64,000 nt of DNA from assembly GCF_018977255.1 (NCBI RefSeq), contig NW_024704742.1, positions 67,768,001-67,832,000 on the forward strand. The letters run 5' to 3'. Source of the stretch: Callorhinchus milii (Eukaryota). Position numbers and translations under genes: made by a program. Under the pieces are notes generated by a model, which searched no databases, was not told the DNA's origin, and saw only the letters and a list, made by a program, of their open reading frames with translations. Below are positions 33,801-45,820 of this stretch, piece by piece. The first letter of the stretch is position 1, and every line of letters starts with the position of its first letter.

Positions 33801-36800
33801 TTTTTCTCTTCCCTCCTCCACTCCCCATAACTTATTAATTGTATTGCATTACGTAAGCTCAGTGTATAAGTTTTGTACTGTATTAATGTTGACTCCATTT
33901 TCTTCTATATACAGTGGATCCCCTCCCATTCCACGTTTCCAGCAATCAGTGAGAACACTCACCTATTTCGGTTTGCGTAGAGGAAAGCGGAAAACCGTCA
34001 AAGCTGTTGTGAAGCGGTTCCTGCGACTGCATTGCGGCCTCTGGGTGAGAAGGAAGGTAGGCATTTCCAGTGTTTCATAAGAGAGATTTGGGTGAAACAA
34101 AATCTATGGGCTCATTTGTTCTCTTATTTCCAGAATACCAATCCTACCATCTTCCCATTGTAGCCACATGGTGTTCTTTAAATGAGTCCAGTGTTTGAAC
34201 TCTTCCACCCTTCCCAGTAACGTATTCCATCTGTCAATTACCCATTGTGTAAAGAAATACTTTCTGGTATCAGCCTTAAATTTGACATTCACATCTTTGA
34301 ACGTGTGACCTCTTGTCCTCTTCTACCCTCAACTCCACGACCACCGATGTCCTGACAGACTGCCTGTCCGACATCGAGTCCTGGACGAGAGAGAACTTTC
34401 TTCAGTTCAACGTGCGCAAAACTGAGGCCCTCCTGATTGGCTCACGTCAGCGCCTCCGCACCTCAGGCGCTGACAGCATCAGCATCCAAGGCTGCCCTCT
34501 CCACCTCTCAAAGCCATCAGGAACCTTGGGGTTCTGTTCGACCCTGAGCTGTCCTTTCTCCCTCACATCCGCACCACAACTGGCACCGCCTTCCATCACA
34601 TCCGGAACATCGCCAGACTACAGCACTACCTCACCCCTCACGCCGCTGAAACTCTGGTCCACACCTTTATCACCTCAAGGCTGGACTATGGGAACTCTCT
34701 CCTCGCCGGCCTTCCCGCCACCTCCCTCCACAAGCTGCAGGTCATACAGAGCTCTGCAGCCCATGTACTGTCCCGCACCAGACTTCGCGACCACATCACT
34801 CCCACCCTCGCTCGCCTCCACTGGCTCCCCATCCCCCAGAGGATCGAATTCAACATCCTCATCCTCACCTACAAGGCCATTCACGGCCTTGCTCCCTCCT
34901 ACCTCTCCGACCTACTATCCCCTACCTACCTGCCTGTACCCTCCGTTCCTTTGGCTCCGGTCTGCTCCACATCCCCCGCCCTAACTGCCCTACCATCGGT
35001 GGCCGGGCCTTCAGCCTCTCAGCCCCGAGGCTCTGGAACTCCATCCCCCAGTGCCTTCGCCGCTTCCTCCCTTTCCTCCTTCAAGGCCGGTCTCAAGACC
35101 TTTCTCTTCAACCGTGCCTTCAGCTCCCCTCTCGACTCTCTACCCCCTCCTTGCTCCCTCCCTTCCCTCCCTTCACCATTTTCCCCCCCCTGCTCAGGTC
35201 CCGACCCAACTGTCCAGCGTCTTGGGACGTCCTCCCGACGTGAAAGGCTCTCTATAAATGCAATCTTGTTGTTGTTGTTGTCCTACTGTCTTTGTATACC
35301 AGAAAGCATGATTCTGGTCTTTGGTTCTCTATCCCATTTGGCATATTTTACACACCAAAAAGGTCCCTCCTTGAGACATCACTTTTCAAGGATGAAGACC
35401 CCTTGCTTATATGGTTGTTCTTTGTAGCTTAGTCCCTCTAAGGGATCTCCTCTGCACTGCCTCTATGGCCTGGATAGCTTTATAACATGACGGGGAATGG
35501 AATTAGCATTTGAAGTATTACATAATAACGCGAATACAAAAACGTGCATCATTTTACCTTTAGAAGGCCAAACATAATGAAAGATGTCTGAATCTTTGTA
35601 CTGTTATTTAGGTTCATCTTAAGGAGTTATATGGACAGAATTCCTTGGTACCAAGTCAGTATCCCTTTTCCCCTCCGCTGCAAAGTAGAACGTACGAATT
35701 TCTTCCTTTGATTGCTTCTTTGATTGCACCTGATGCAGACGCATTAGATGGCATCCAACTCCTTGAGTTAACATATGAATGAGACATGGTTACTGCATTT
35801 ATTTTGAGATTAAATTATGAGGATGTGTTTCATAAACTTGGTCTCTATTCACTTGAAGTTAGAAGGTTGAGGGGTGATCTGATTGAGGTTTTTAAGATAA
35901 TAAAGGGATTTGATAGGGTAGATACAGATAAACTATTTCCTCTGGTGGGGGAATCCAGAACGAGGGGCATCATTTTGAAATTAGAGCTAGGCAATTTAGG
36001 AGTGAAATTAGGTGGCAGGTTTTCACCCCAACGGTAGTGGAAATCTGAAACTCTCCCCCAAAAGGCAATGGATGCTGGATCCATTCAAATCTTCAAGACT
36101 AAGGTGTATCCACCTTATTTGTTAGGCCAGGGTAACAAGGGATACAGGGCAAGGGCTGGTAAATGGACTTGAGGTACAGATCAGCCATGACCTTATTGAA
36201 TGGTGGAACAGGCTCGAGGGGCTGAATGGCCTACTCCTGTTTCTATGAGGTCACTACTGTTTCTTCAGAAAGAATTTATTTTACCCTATCATTTTTTCAA
36301 AGATATCAGAAGCTTTGATTTAATCCTATTAGTTTCTTACATTATTACTGTCAATTGTTAATATTATTGTTGTTTAGAGCACTCGCCTTGCAAGCGAGAC
36401 AGAAAACAATGCAAACAAGCAAATTCACCTTCCTGACAAAACCAATTCCAAGTTCAATTCCAGGCAGGGCGAAACCTAAGAATCAGAAGAGCCAGCAAAA
36501 GTCTTGCAAAGAGAGTATGATAGGGTAGACTGGTGAATGGCAAATGATGTTCAATATAGATAATTTAAGGTACTGCATGTAGAAAGTAAAAGCAGAAGCC
36601 ACGTATATTTCCACGTGGAGTCCTGTAGCTCAATGGTTAGAGCACTGGCCTTGCAAGTGAGAGACCTGGGTTCAATTCCAGGCAGAGGGCGAAACCTTGG
36701 GCAAGTTTCCTTACTCCACACAGAGCCTAATAATAATCCCTCCAAAACCAAAAACAATAATAAATTGGTCATTTTCAATCTACGACTGTTTGTGGGACAT

Positions 36801-38436
36801 TGCTGTGCGCAATTGGCTGCCGCGTTCCCCCACAAATATATACAGTCAATTCACTTTACAGTGTGTTCTGTGAAGCGCTTTGGGATGTCCTCCCAACGTG
36901 AAAAGCGCTATGTCAAATGCAAGGATTATTATTATTAAAACTACAATTTCACAGCAACCAGACCTGGCTGATGGCTTTCACCCAGTTGGTTTCAGATTGC
37001 ACACCAGAGGCTGCAAAGGGAGGCGGTAACCAGGGGCCCTATTAATATACTGGAATGTTACTGACATACTGCGTGGGGAGAGATAGATATTTCTGCACCA
37101 GGGTGCTTATAAATAAAGTGAGTAACTAATTATTTCTATTCCTAGCCTTACACACCTGTCTTGTGAAGGGCCCTCTTCCACCTTAGTTTCTACAGTGTCT
37201 AAAATAACAGAGGTTTTTTATTTTATTTCCTAGCTCGATTGAATTTTTTTCTTACAAATTTTGCAGTGTGATTTATCGTGAAGAATTAAGTGTTCCTAAT
37301 ATTCCCAGTTTACCTGTTCCCCCCAGGAATCCCACTGCAGAAGATGCAGAAGAACTTAAAAATATTTCACTTCTGTCATTAAGAAACAAGCAGTGTAAAC
37401 ATTTTGACTGCTCAGGTTAGTGCATTGGTAGCAAAGCCTGCTTTGTGGATCAAGACCCATGTTAGGAATTTTCGAGCTCATAACCTCAGCTGACACTCCA
37501 ATGCAGTGCTGGTGGAGCTTTGCATTGACAGAGGAACCATCCTTCAGTCGAGACGTTAAACCTATGTCCCATCTGCCTGTTCAGGTAGACATTAAAAGAC
37601 TCTGTGACACTGTTTGAAAAGAGAAGGGAGTTTCTCGGGGTGTTCTTTCCAAAATGAAAGTAATGGAGGAAGCCATTTTTTAAATAGTTCCAATCTTCTC
37701 CAGGTTAAAAACGGTCATTCGCTGGATTTGCCTACAAAATACAGTTACTACACTTGACAGCAATTACCAGTGAAGCATTTTGACATGTTTCAACATTGTA
37801 GATGCTATTATTAAATTGAAAGAATTATTATCTTAAAGCTTTAGAGATGTTCCTCCTAAACTGCTAAAAGAAGTAAGAACCCGCTTAAAAACAGCTTTCA
37901 AATTGAGACTTAGTTTAAGGAGCTTCCAAAAATTCTGTACTATCTTCAAATTTAAAATCATAAGGCATTTCAGGCTTCTGGTCTGGAAATTTGCCGCCTA
38001 GTGAAACCGTTGTCAGTTAGGATGCTGTGACAAAGAGAATTGTTTTTAAAAAGCATTGAAGTCAATCAATCCAATTTAATAAGGGCACAAAGCAATCAAT
38101 TTCTTTGGGAATCCCTAATCAATAAAAATCTGCGTTAGCAAATAAAGCAATGAATTGTCTCATTTCTCGGCAGTCCTGTCAGTTTACTGGGCACCAGGGA
38201 TAAAGGCGGCTCTTCCAACCCTAAGTGCTCTTCCATTTTGATTCCAGGCGGGCTACAAGAAAAAACTTTGGAAGAAATCAGCCGACAGGAAGCGACGTCT
38301 CCGACAGCACGTCTTCTGTAACAGAACGCAAAGCAAGCTGCTTGATAAGATGACCACAGACTTCTGGAAAAGGCGGAATTGGTACGTCAACGATCCGTAC
38401 CAGATGTACCACGATCGCACAAACCTGAAGGTTTGA
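30773..38436 (+). CDS. MRPL35: Mitochondrial large-subunit ribosomal protein bL35m, complete, 185 aa
   Basis: Exons 30773-30806, 32535-32727, 33915-34056, 38248-38436 (558 nt). Motifs [26 protein letters not shown] and [10 protein letters not shown]...[33 protein letters not shown]. Confidence 0.97.
31066..31656 (+). mobile_element. 5'-truncated L2 in MRPL35 intron 1
   Basis: [25 protein letters not shown]; tail aaaggcgctatacaaatgca followed by (TTG)n. Confidence 0.9.
32535..32727 (+). CDS. MRPL35: MRPL35 exon 2 (presequence region ...[13 protein letters not shown])
   Basis: Polypyrimidine tract plus ttag|; AG|gtgtgt donor; phases fit the neighbouring exons. Confidence 0.88.
32935..33240 (+). 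mobile_element. SINE family B (others near 2090-2320, 37410-37830, 38860-39185, 48690-48960, 59445-59840)
   Basis: Head ggctcagccggtagcactc...ggttcaagc plus core. Confidence 0.8.
33420..33715 (+). mobile_element. LF-SINE-like element
   Basis: gagccatataaaccaggatgttcccagg...ggtgaggacaaggatc...gaataatgaccacttg; homologous to 13020-13361. Confidence 0.65.
33915..34056 (+). CDS. MRPL35: MRPL35 exon 3
   Basis: L35 family motif; AAG|gtaggc donor. Confidence 0.96.
34104..35500 (-). mobile_element. Old CR1 3' fragment split by the L2 (34104-34319 and 35281-35500)
   Basis: [16 protein letters not shown] motif; the sequence continues after the L2. Confidence 0.7.
34320..35280 (+). mobile_element. 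5'-truncated L2 nested in an older CR1
   Basis: RT C-terminal remnants; (TTG)n tail; flanked by TTGTCCT repeats. Confidence 0.9.
35812..36247 (+). mobile_element. CR1 LINE 3' end
   Basis: [29 protein letters not shown] and 3' UTR ggctgaatggcctactcctg. Confidence 0.9.
36617..36936 (+). mobile_element. tRNA(Ala-TGC-like)-derived SINE family A
   Basis: GGAGTCCTGTAGCTCAATGGTTAGAGCACTGGCCTTGCAAG...GGTTCAATTCC head, no acceptor-stem pairing, (TTA)n tail. Confidence 0.9.
38248..38436 (+). CDS. MRPL35: MRPL35 exon 4 to stop codon
   Basis: ttccag|GCG GGC TAC ... GTT TGA. Confidence 0.96.
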   Translation, partial: AGYKKKLWKKSADRKRRLRQHVFCNRTQSKLLDKMTTDFWKRRNWYVNDPYQMYHDRTNLKV

Positions 38437-38668
38437 GACCTTGGTTTGTGCGTGGGAGAGGGGCAGATTTTTTAAAAATCATTATTGGACAATCCATTCA
38501 TCTACGATCAAGAGGGTTGCCTGTCATGAGCCCTCTTTGGACTGTCTTCCCCGGATGGCAGGAATGTATTTATCTGTGGAAGTCAAAACTTTAGGATTAT
38601 GCACTCGTTGTCTCTTGTCACCCTGATTACATACTTTTAAATCAAGTTTCACTTCTTCAGTGATCGAG

Positions 38669-38674
38669 AATAAA
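38669..38674 (+). terminator. Probable MRPL35 poly(A) signal AATAAA
   Basis: First AATAAA about 230 nt after the stop, followed by GT/T-rich sequence (ttgattgtttattt). Confidence 0.65.
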
Positions 38675-39179
38675 ACTTCCAAAATTTATGACCTTGATTG
38701 TTTATTTAAACCAATATAAATCTGCCTGTTCAGATTGACATTAAAGTTACTTTGTCGCTATTGGAAAAAAGACAGTTGAGGCCAACAATCCTCCAAAAAA
38801 ATTGTCCCTTCACTTCAGTGCTGTTCGTGGGTCATTGCTGACTGCAAAATGTCTGCCTCAATTACCTGTAACTTGCCGTCCTTCAGAGGAAATGTTAAAC
38901 CAAGTTAAACAATGTTAAACCCTGCCTGTCGAGGAGAACTTTAGAGATCCCATGGCACTATTCAAAAAGAGAAGGGAGTTCTTCCAGTGGCCTGGCCAAC
39001 AATCTCCCAAATAAAAGTGATCACTCATTCCATGGCTGTTTGGGGACATTGCTGCGTGCAAATTGTCTGCTATAATTCACCCACAAAATACACAGTCACA
39101 TCAGTTTACAGTGTATCCTGCAAAGTGCTTTGAGATGTTGCCATGATGTGATAAGGTGCTGTATCAAATGTAAGGATTA

Positions 39180-39677
39180 TTATCTTCTCCCACTCCACAC
39201 CCATTAACCCCCCACCACCCAATTGTTCCCAGTATCCTAACAGATTAACGTCAAGATTTCTTATTGAGATCTTCAAATCCCTCCAGGATCTGGTGTCACC
39301 GTGCTTTTCCTACATCCTGCTCAAATCCCCCAATGCTGGTCTACTGCTCAGGCCTCACTCTTTCTCCCCCACCCAACCCCCTCCCCACTTCCAGGTCCAC
39401 TATCGGTGACCAAGCCTTCATCCATTAGATTGTTCTCTGAAAGATTTGCCCCATGTCTTATATTTCATTTCTATGTAGAAGGTGTTTTAAAAAGTTTATC
39501 AAAGTTTAAGGAGTTGTTGATAATGGGGTAAATTTCCACATGTATGCGGATGACACCCAATTCTTATCTTTCTGCCTCCACCCTTGACTCCAGGACCACT
39601 GCTGTCCTGACAGAATGTCTGTCAGACATCAAGTCCTGGATGAGAGCGAACTTTCTACAATTGAACATAGGAGACCA
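39180..39677 (+). mobile_element. L2 fragments between the MRPL35 and REEP1 3' ends
   Basis: Decayed 3' piece (39180-39425) and a YADDTQ piece (39528-39677). Confidence 0.75.
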
Positions 39678-40055
39678 TTTCTGCAGTAAGCGATGATCTG
39701 ATCTCAGGGGGAATCACAATTAGCCTCAGCCAATCCTGAGCAAAAGGTGGAGGGAGTAGGAGGGAAATCGGCCAGACAACTAGCTCCTGATTGCTGTCCT
39801 GTGACCCTCTTTCCTCCCCATATATCACTGCAGAGTGGTTGGATCAAATGACATGTTTTTCTGTGCTGTGTGACTATGTAAATGGATGTGGGAAAGAGCA
39901 AATGATTGGGATTAGAGGGCAGGTACCGGCACAAGGATAGGCTCTAAGAGCTGGATGACCTCTGCAATGTCATTTGTATGAACAGAAGGTGAGTGGAAAC
40001 CTGCTGAGACCAGCATATGACTGAAACACGAGACGGCAGTTCATCTTTCAAGTCT

Positions 40056-40061
40056 TTTATT
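40056..40061 (-). terminator. Probable REEP1 poly(A) signal, implying a 3' UTR of about 3.3 kb
   Basis: tttatt on + (AATAAA on -) at the end of a repeat-poor AU-rich block (about 40050-41250). Confidence 0.55.
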
Positions 40062-43000
40062 ACAATGCCAAGAGTCCCTTGACAAATGTAGAAGACAACA
40101 ATCCTATAATTCATGCAGCACTCTGTGAACGCGATGCCCAGTGTTTACGGCAACACCAAGTTCCCTATATACAGTTCCCGTCAACACAACACAAAACGCG
40201 AATTAATACAACTATAAAGTGCTCTGGCCTGCCAGATTTGCCGTGGCTTTTTTTTGCCGAAAATTTCAAAGGAAACAAAATCTCACATGCATGGCAAAAA
40301 AAAATCATTTTTTTATAATATATAATAATTATAATGGAAATTAAGACAATCGCAATCTTCCTCAGTCATTTTGTAAAGGCATGAAACCAGTGCATCATCT
40401 CACAAAGAAACCACTTAAATAAATGAGTGAAACCTCACAGAAAATACAACTACAGTCCATTTCACAGATACATCATTCATGTACAGTTACACAAACAGTG
40501 TCTTTTTCTAGCACGGTTCTGCATTACAGTCGGACGACAGTAATCATCACACCAAAAAAATCTTTTCGCATTTTGCATTTGTCGTGTGTGTACAGGTAAA
40601 CAAGCTAGCACAGTGATTTAGTACTGGGAGATAAGGCAGCCCAAGTCAACCCACCTCTCTGACTGCCACAGTGTAAAACAAGTCAACTATAACCATGTTC
40701 TCAACAGCTAATATCATTAATATGGTTTGTAACAAATCTACATAATATTTTTCAATTACTGCCTGTTACATTAACCACCATTTCAGGTGGGTGGGATTGA
40801 AAATGCCAAACTGGCATTGGGTAATTGGACCCAACAACTGGATTTTGCACGATTTGCTGCCAAATTCAACACCCGAATACCGAAAAAAAAACACCACTTG
40901 CTTCCTGATCTTTTACCCTTCATCAGTCCAGAAATGCTCTTCAAAGCAAATTAAAAAATCAATGCCGTCAGCCTCTAAGCAAACACCACACTTTCAACCC
41001 AACCAATCCCCCCGCCCCCACCCCCCCCCCCCCCAACTCCAAACCCCTCCATTTTCAGCTACAACAAAAGCTTCCTTTCCAAATCCTACTGAAGCTACAG
41101 TTTCCAACATGTAGGATTCTTTCCCACACATGTATTTGTAAATCTTGCCCCAATGCAATAGAAACTGCTGACATTTTGTGGCTGTGACATGCTTTAGTAA
41201 TGAAAGTGCAGATGTTTCGTTACTTTACCATGTATGAATTCAAGAGCGTTCCAGGGGATTCGAGTGCTCACTAACCTGAGACACTAACCTGAGTGAGGTG
41301 TGCTATATAAATGCAAGTCGTTGTTGTTGAAGATGATGCAGTTTGCCAATCAGTATCCTGTGGGTTTTGAAATAATGATAATAATTATCATAATCCTTAT
41401 GTTGAATGTAAGGACTATGATTATTATTATCATTATTTCAAAGTGTGCAGTATTTGGCAAATTCTGAAACGCAGCCTTAAATTTCAAAGCTGTTTTTTTG
41501 TAAGTTTCTTTCTTTGAAATAGCTACCAATTAGTCCCACTCCCCCACTCTTACTTTTAGCCCGAGAAATGTTTCCTTTTCAAGTACCTATCCAATTCCCT
41601 TCTGAAAGCTACTATCGAATCTGCTTCCAAGAAAATCTAATTACACTTTCTTTATTTTGGTCTAATCAAAAGCCCACCAAAGTCCTCCAATGTTGTTGTG
41701 AGAGCTTCAGGACATTTTTCTCCTAAAATTAACATCTTGGAGTAGAAATTCCATCCGGGTCTTGACTTATTGTATTTTCTTTGCATTGCTGGGTGCGTAT
41801 TGGCTGCCTTGCACAAACAAAATATCCAGTCACTACACTGTACGGTAAATGCCATGAAGCACTTTAAGACTCCCTCCTGATGTGGAAGGCGCTACATCGA
41901 ATATAAGGTTTATGATTATTATCATTATTTCAAAGTGTGCAGTAACTGGCAAATTCTGAAACGCAGTCTTCAATTTCAAAGCTATTCTTCTGCAAGTTTC
42001 TTTCAAGAACTACGGAAAAACGGCTTCAGGGTTAAGACTTAAAAGTTTTACCTAACAAAATACGTGATCGCTACACTTTGCAGAAAATCCTGTGAAGTGC
42101 TTTGAGATGTCCTCCTGATGTAAGTATTGTTATAAATTCAACAATTTACCAAATTCTGGATGCTTGAAATGCTTAGAAAAGTTAAGTATAACAACAATAA
42201 TAATAATCCTTAATAATAATAGTCCTTGCATTTGATTTAGTGCCTTATCATGTCGTTGAAACATCTTAAAACGCTTCACAGCATATACTGTAAAGTGAAT
42301 TGACTGTATATTTCTGTGCGAAAGGAGGCAGCCAATTGCACACAGCAATATCCCACAAATAAATAATAACTTGCATTTATGTAACACCCTTCGTGTGAGG
42401 TAGTGTCTTGGAGTGCTTAGACTCAGGTTCTCCCCTTAGGTTTGAAAAGACAACTATTAAGAAACTGATTACCTGGTCAGTCTTTTTTGTTGTTGTTGTT
42501 ACAGCACTGTTGTTGTAGCACTCTCCATTGAAACAGCCTATTAGATCTCTAGCATGTGCATTAAGACAGGCAGGTGTACAGAATAGCTAGCCTAGCCGGT
42601 GGTCACCTTTTTGGAACAATTCCCACTCAACTTTATACCGCCCTGAAAAGCAAAGAAACCAGGAGACCGCAAATTCCACCTGCCCTGAGCATTGTCGGAC
42701 TATTGGAAAATTCGCCTGCNAAAAATACACAGTCACTACACTACATTTTGCAGCAAATCACTTTGAGGCATCCTGCCGACGAGGGGAAAAAAGCACTATA
42801 TCAAGTATAAGAATTATTATATTATTATTATAATAAAATCCCACAATTCAGTTTTAATTTGGATGCCGACATGAGAATTGGCAATTGCGGTCTTAAAGAC
42901 AAAACAGGTGCTACTGACGAAGACTAGGTGGAATTTGGTGCCTCTGGGTCTGGGTTACTTTATTTCAGGAGCCTCTCATGTGCTGGGAAAAGCCCTTTAC

Positions 43001-43339
43001 AGAAAGGGGAAAGGCTGTGTGAACATTACAAACACTTTAGCATTGATAAATACAATCCTTTTGCTCACTCATTGCCCCGAAACGCTGTGTTAAATACTGC
43101 GAAGCAGAAAAATGTTATATATATACTGTATATTAAAAAAAGATGATGCCTACAGATAATCTTATACTCATGTCAGTTGGCAGCTGAAAGACATCTGCAG
43201 CACAAGCCACTGCTGGCCTTTTCCCGGTGTTGCTCAGTTGGTGTGAATGTGTGTGTGTGTGTTTTTTTTGGCTCGTAAAGGTAGGGCATGGAACAGGAGG
43301 TCTAAACAAGGTCACTGCAGCCTTGGCGGTCATTCGGCA

Positions 43340-43411
43340 TCACATCGTCTCACTGTTGGACGTCGAGCTACATTTCCTTCTGGGAGGTGGTTTGGGGCGC
43401 CTAAGCTCTGC
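43340..43411 (-). CDS. REEP1: REEP1 last exon, dual frame: GRA* (stop 43401-43403) or [23 protein letters not shown] (stop 43340-43342)
   Basis: tttttacag| acceptor; both frames parallel the human short and long C-termini as I recall them. Confidence 0.85.
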   Translation of the reverse strand, partial: AELRRPKPPPRRKCSSTSNSETM

Positions 43412-45775
43412 CTGTAAAAATGTACAATAAAGGGTTACATCTACACATACCAATACCTTCACACCCCCTCCCTGTAAACATATTCACTTACCGATCAATT
43501 CCAGGCCTACCAATTCCTCCGTTCTTTCCCCCCGCACCCGCCCCGCCACCCACTCCGTAAAAATATACATGTTGCATATGAAAAATGTAGGCATATTGGT
43601 CAAATGTACTTGTACCAATTCTTCCCCACCCCCACCCCTCTCACCTACATCCCCCACCCCCGGAAAAATATACACATACTAATCAAATACACATGTACCA
43701 ATTCCTGCCCCCTCTCTGCATTTCCCCCTGTAACACTCTACACATATTGGTCAAATTCACATGAAAACAATCCATCACCCTCTCCATTTTCTTCCCCAAA
43801 AGAACAGGAGAAGGCCATTCAGCCCATCAAGCCCATCAAGCCTGATCCAGACGTCAAATCCTGGATGAGAGCTAAGTTTCTTCAGTTAAACGTCAACAAG
43901 ACCGAGGCTCTCCTGTTTGGCTCCCATCAGCGTCTCCACACCTCAGGCGCTGACAGCATCACCATCCATGGCTGCACACTCCACCTCACTGAGCCAGTCT
44001 GGAACCTTGGCGTCTTGTTTGACTCTCAACTATCCTTTCTGCCCCACATCCATGCCATGACCTGCTCTGCCTTCCCCCACCCAGGAACATCGCCCAGCTC
44101 TGCCACTGTCTCACTCCGCAGTTCGCCAAAACCCTCATATACACATTCATAACATCCAGGCTGGACTAGGCAAACTCCTTCTTTGTCAGTCTCCCCAATG
44201 CCTCCCTCCATAGGTTACAGATCATCCAGAACTCTGAAGCCTGTGTCTTTCCCACATCAGGCTCCGTGACCCTATTACCCCCATCCTCGTCCTACTCCAC
44301 TGGCTTCCCATCACACAGAGGATACAGTTCAAGATCCTGGTCCCCACCTTCAAAGCCCTCCATGGCCTCGTTCCCCCCTCCCTCTGCGACCTCATAACCC
44401 CCTACCAACCTGCCCACTTCATGACCCTTGTCTCGTCCACTCCACCATTGGCGGGTGGGCCTTCTGACACTCTGCCCCCACCCTCTGGAATTCCATCCCA
44501 CAGTCTCTTTGCCTCGCCCCCTCCCTTGCTTCCTTCAAGATCCATCTGAAGACCCTCCTCTTCGACCATGCTTTCGAGCACCCTCCGTCTCCCCCCCGCC
44601 CTCCACCACCCCAATCCCAACCCCCAGCTCGGGTCCGAAACATTGACTGTTCAGCACCTTGGGACATCCTCCCAAAGTGATAGGCACTATACAAATGTAA
44701 TCTTGTTGATCCGCCAGTTTATTAGATAATGGCATACCTTTCAATCCTATTTCCCTGCCTTTTCTCCATACTTCCTACCTATATTTACCTGTGTTCGACT
44801 ACAGAATCAGTCTTCCTATCCCAAACCCTTACCCTCAGTCATGTAGTATTCTCTGGCTCATAGTCATAATATTGAATGCAGCCCACCAGGCTCTGTGGTT
44901 GAGTCACCAGTGGGTGTTATGCTTGAGTGAGATGGCTTGGAAAGTCATCTTACCACCCCCCCACCCCCGTTCCACCCTTCCGCAGAATCCAAGTCAGGCT
45001 CAACGAAGATCAGTAGTGATGCCCTCTTCGAGAAGCTCCTCATTCAAACTGAGATCTCCTCCTTATCTCATATCCACCAAGTCGCAAGGTGACCCTGATG
45101 TAAAGAGGCAGGTTGATCTATTAGGTTTAAAAGGTGGCCGCCTGGACAAAAGTAATGCCGTTGGTTATCTAATTGCACATTCCTTGTGATGCCAGAATGT
45201 TGCAATTACTTTCTCTCTGCCTCTTATCTCACTTCACACAGCAGCCTTCCAACTTGAACCCATCCCATCGATCTTACTCTCTGCTCTAAACTAGTAACTC
45301 TGAAGGGAGGAAGGAGGTTCTCATTAGCTTTTATTTCTATTTTGCTGGCTTGGAATAGAAGAGGTTTAAGGGGGTGTTTTGCTGGGGAGGAGGGGTGGAA
45401 ATTCTGTCCTTTATCCTTCAAGAGGTTGATTGAGTGCTTTGAGATGTTATTCCCACATGAAATGCGCAATATGAGTGTAATTTGTCCTTGATTAAATAAG
45501 ATGGGTAATAGCCCCCACGAGGTAACAATAATAATCCTTGGATTTGATATAGCGTCTTATCACATTATTGAGACGCCTCAAACCCTTACTCTCTACTCTA
45601 AACTAGTAACTGCAGAGGGAAGGTGGAGGTTCTCATTAGCTAATAATAATATTCCTTACATTTGGTACAGCGCCTTTCATGTCAGGAGGATGCCGCAAAG
45701 CACATCACAGGATATATTGTAAAGTGCAGTGACTGTGTTTTGTGGGTGAACACAACAGCCAGTTTGCACACAGCA

Positions 45776-45820
<45 letters not shown>

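Noticed and set aside
36617..36690. tRNA-Ala(TGC)-like gene (also at 25204 and 55950-56020)
   Set aside because: The acceptor stem does not pair, there is no poly-T terminator, and it continues into a SINE body and tail.
42720..42720. Single N base
   Set aside because: Assembly ambiguity with no biological meaning.
40056..43339. Selenocysteine reading of the REEP1 in-frame UGA
   Set aside because: I found no convincing AUGA...AA...GA SECIS stem by eye in the inferred UTR; a SECISearch run would settle it.
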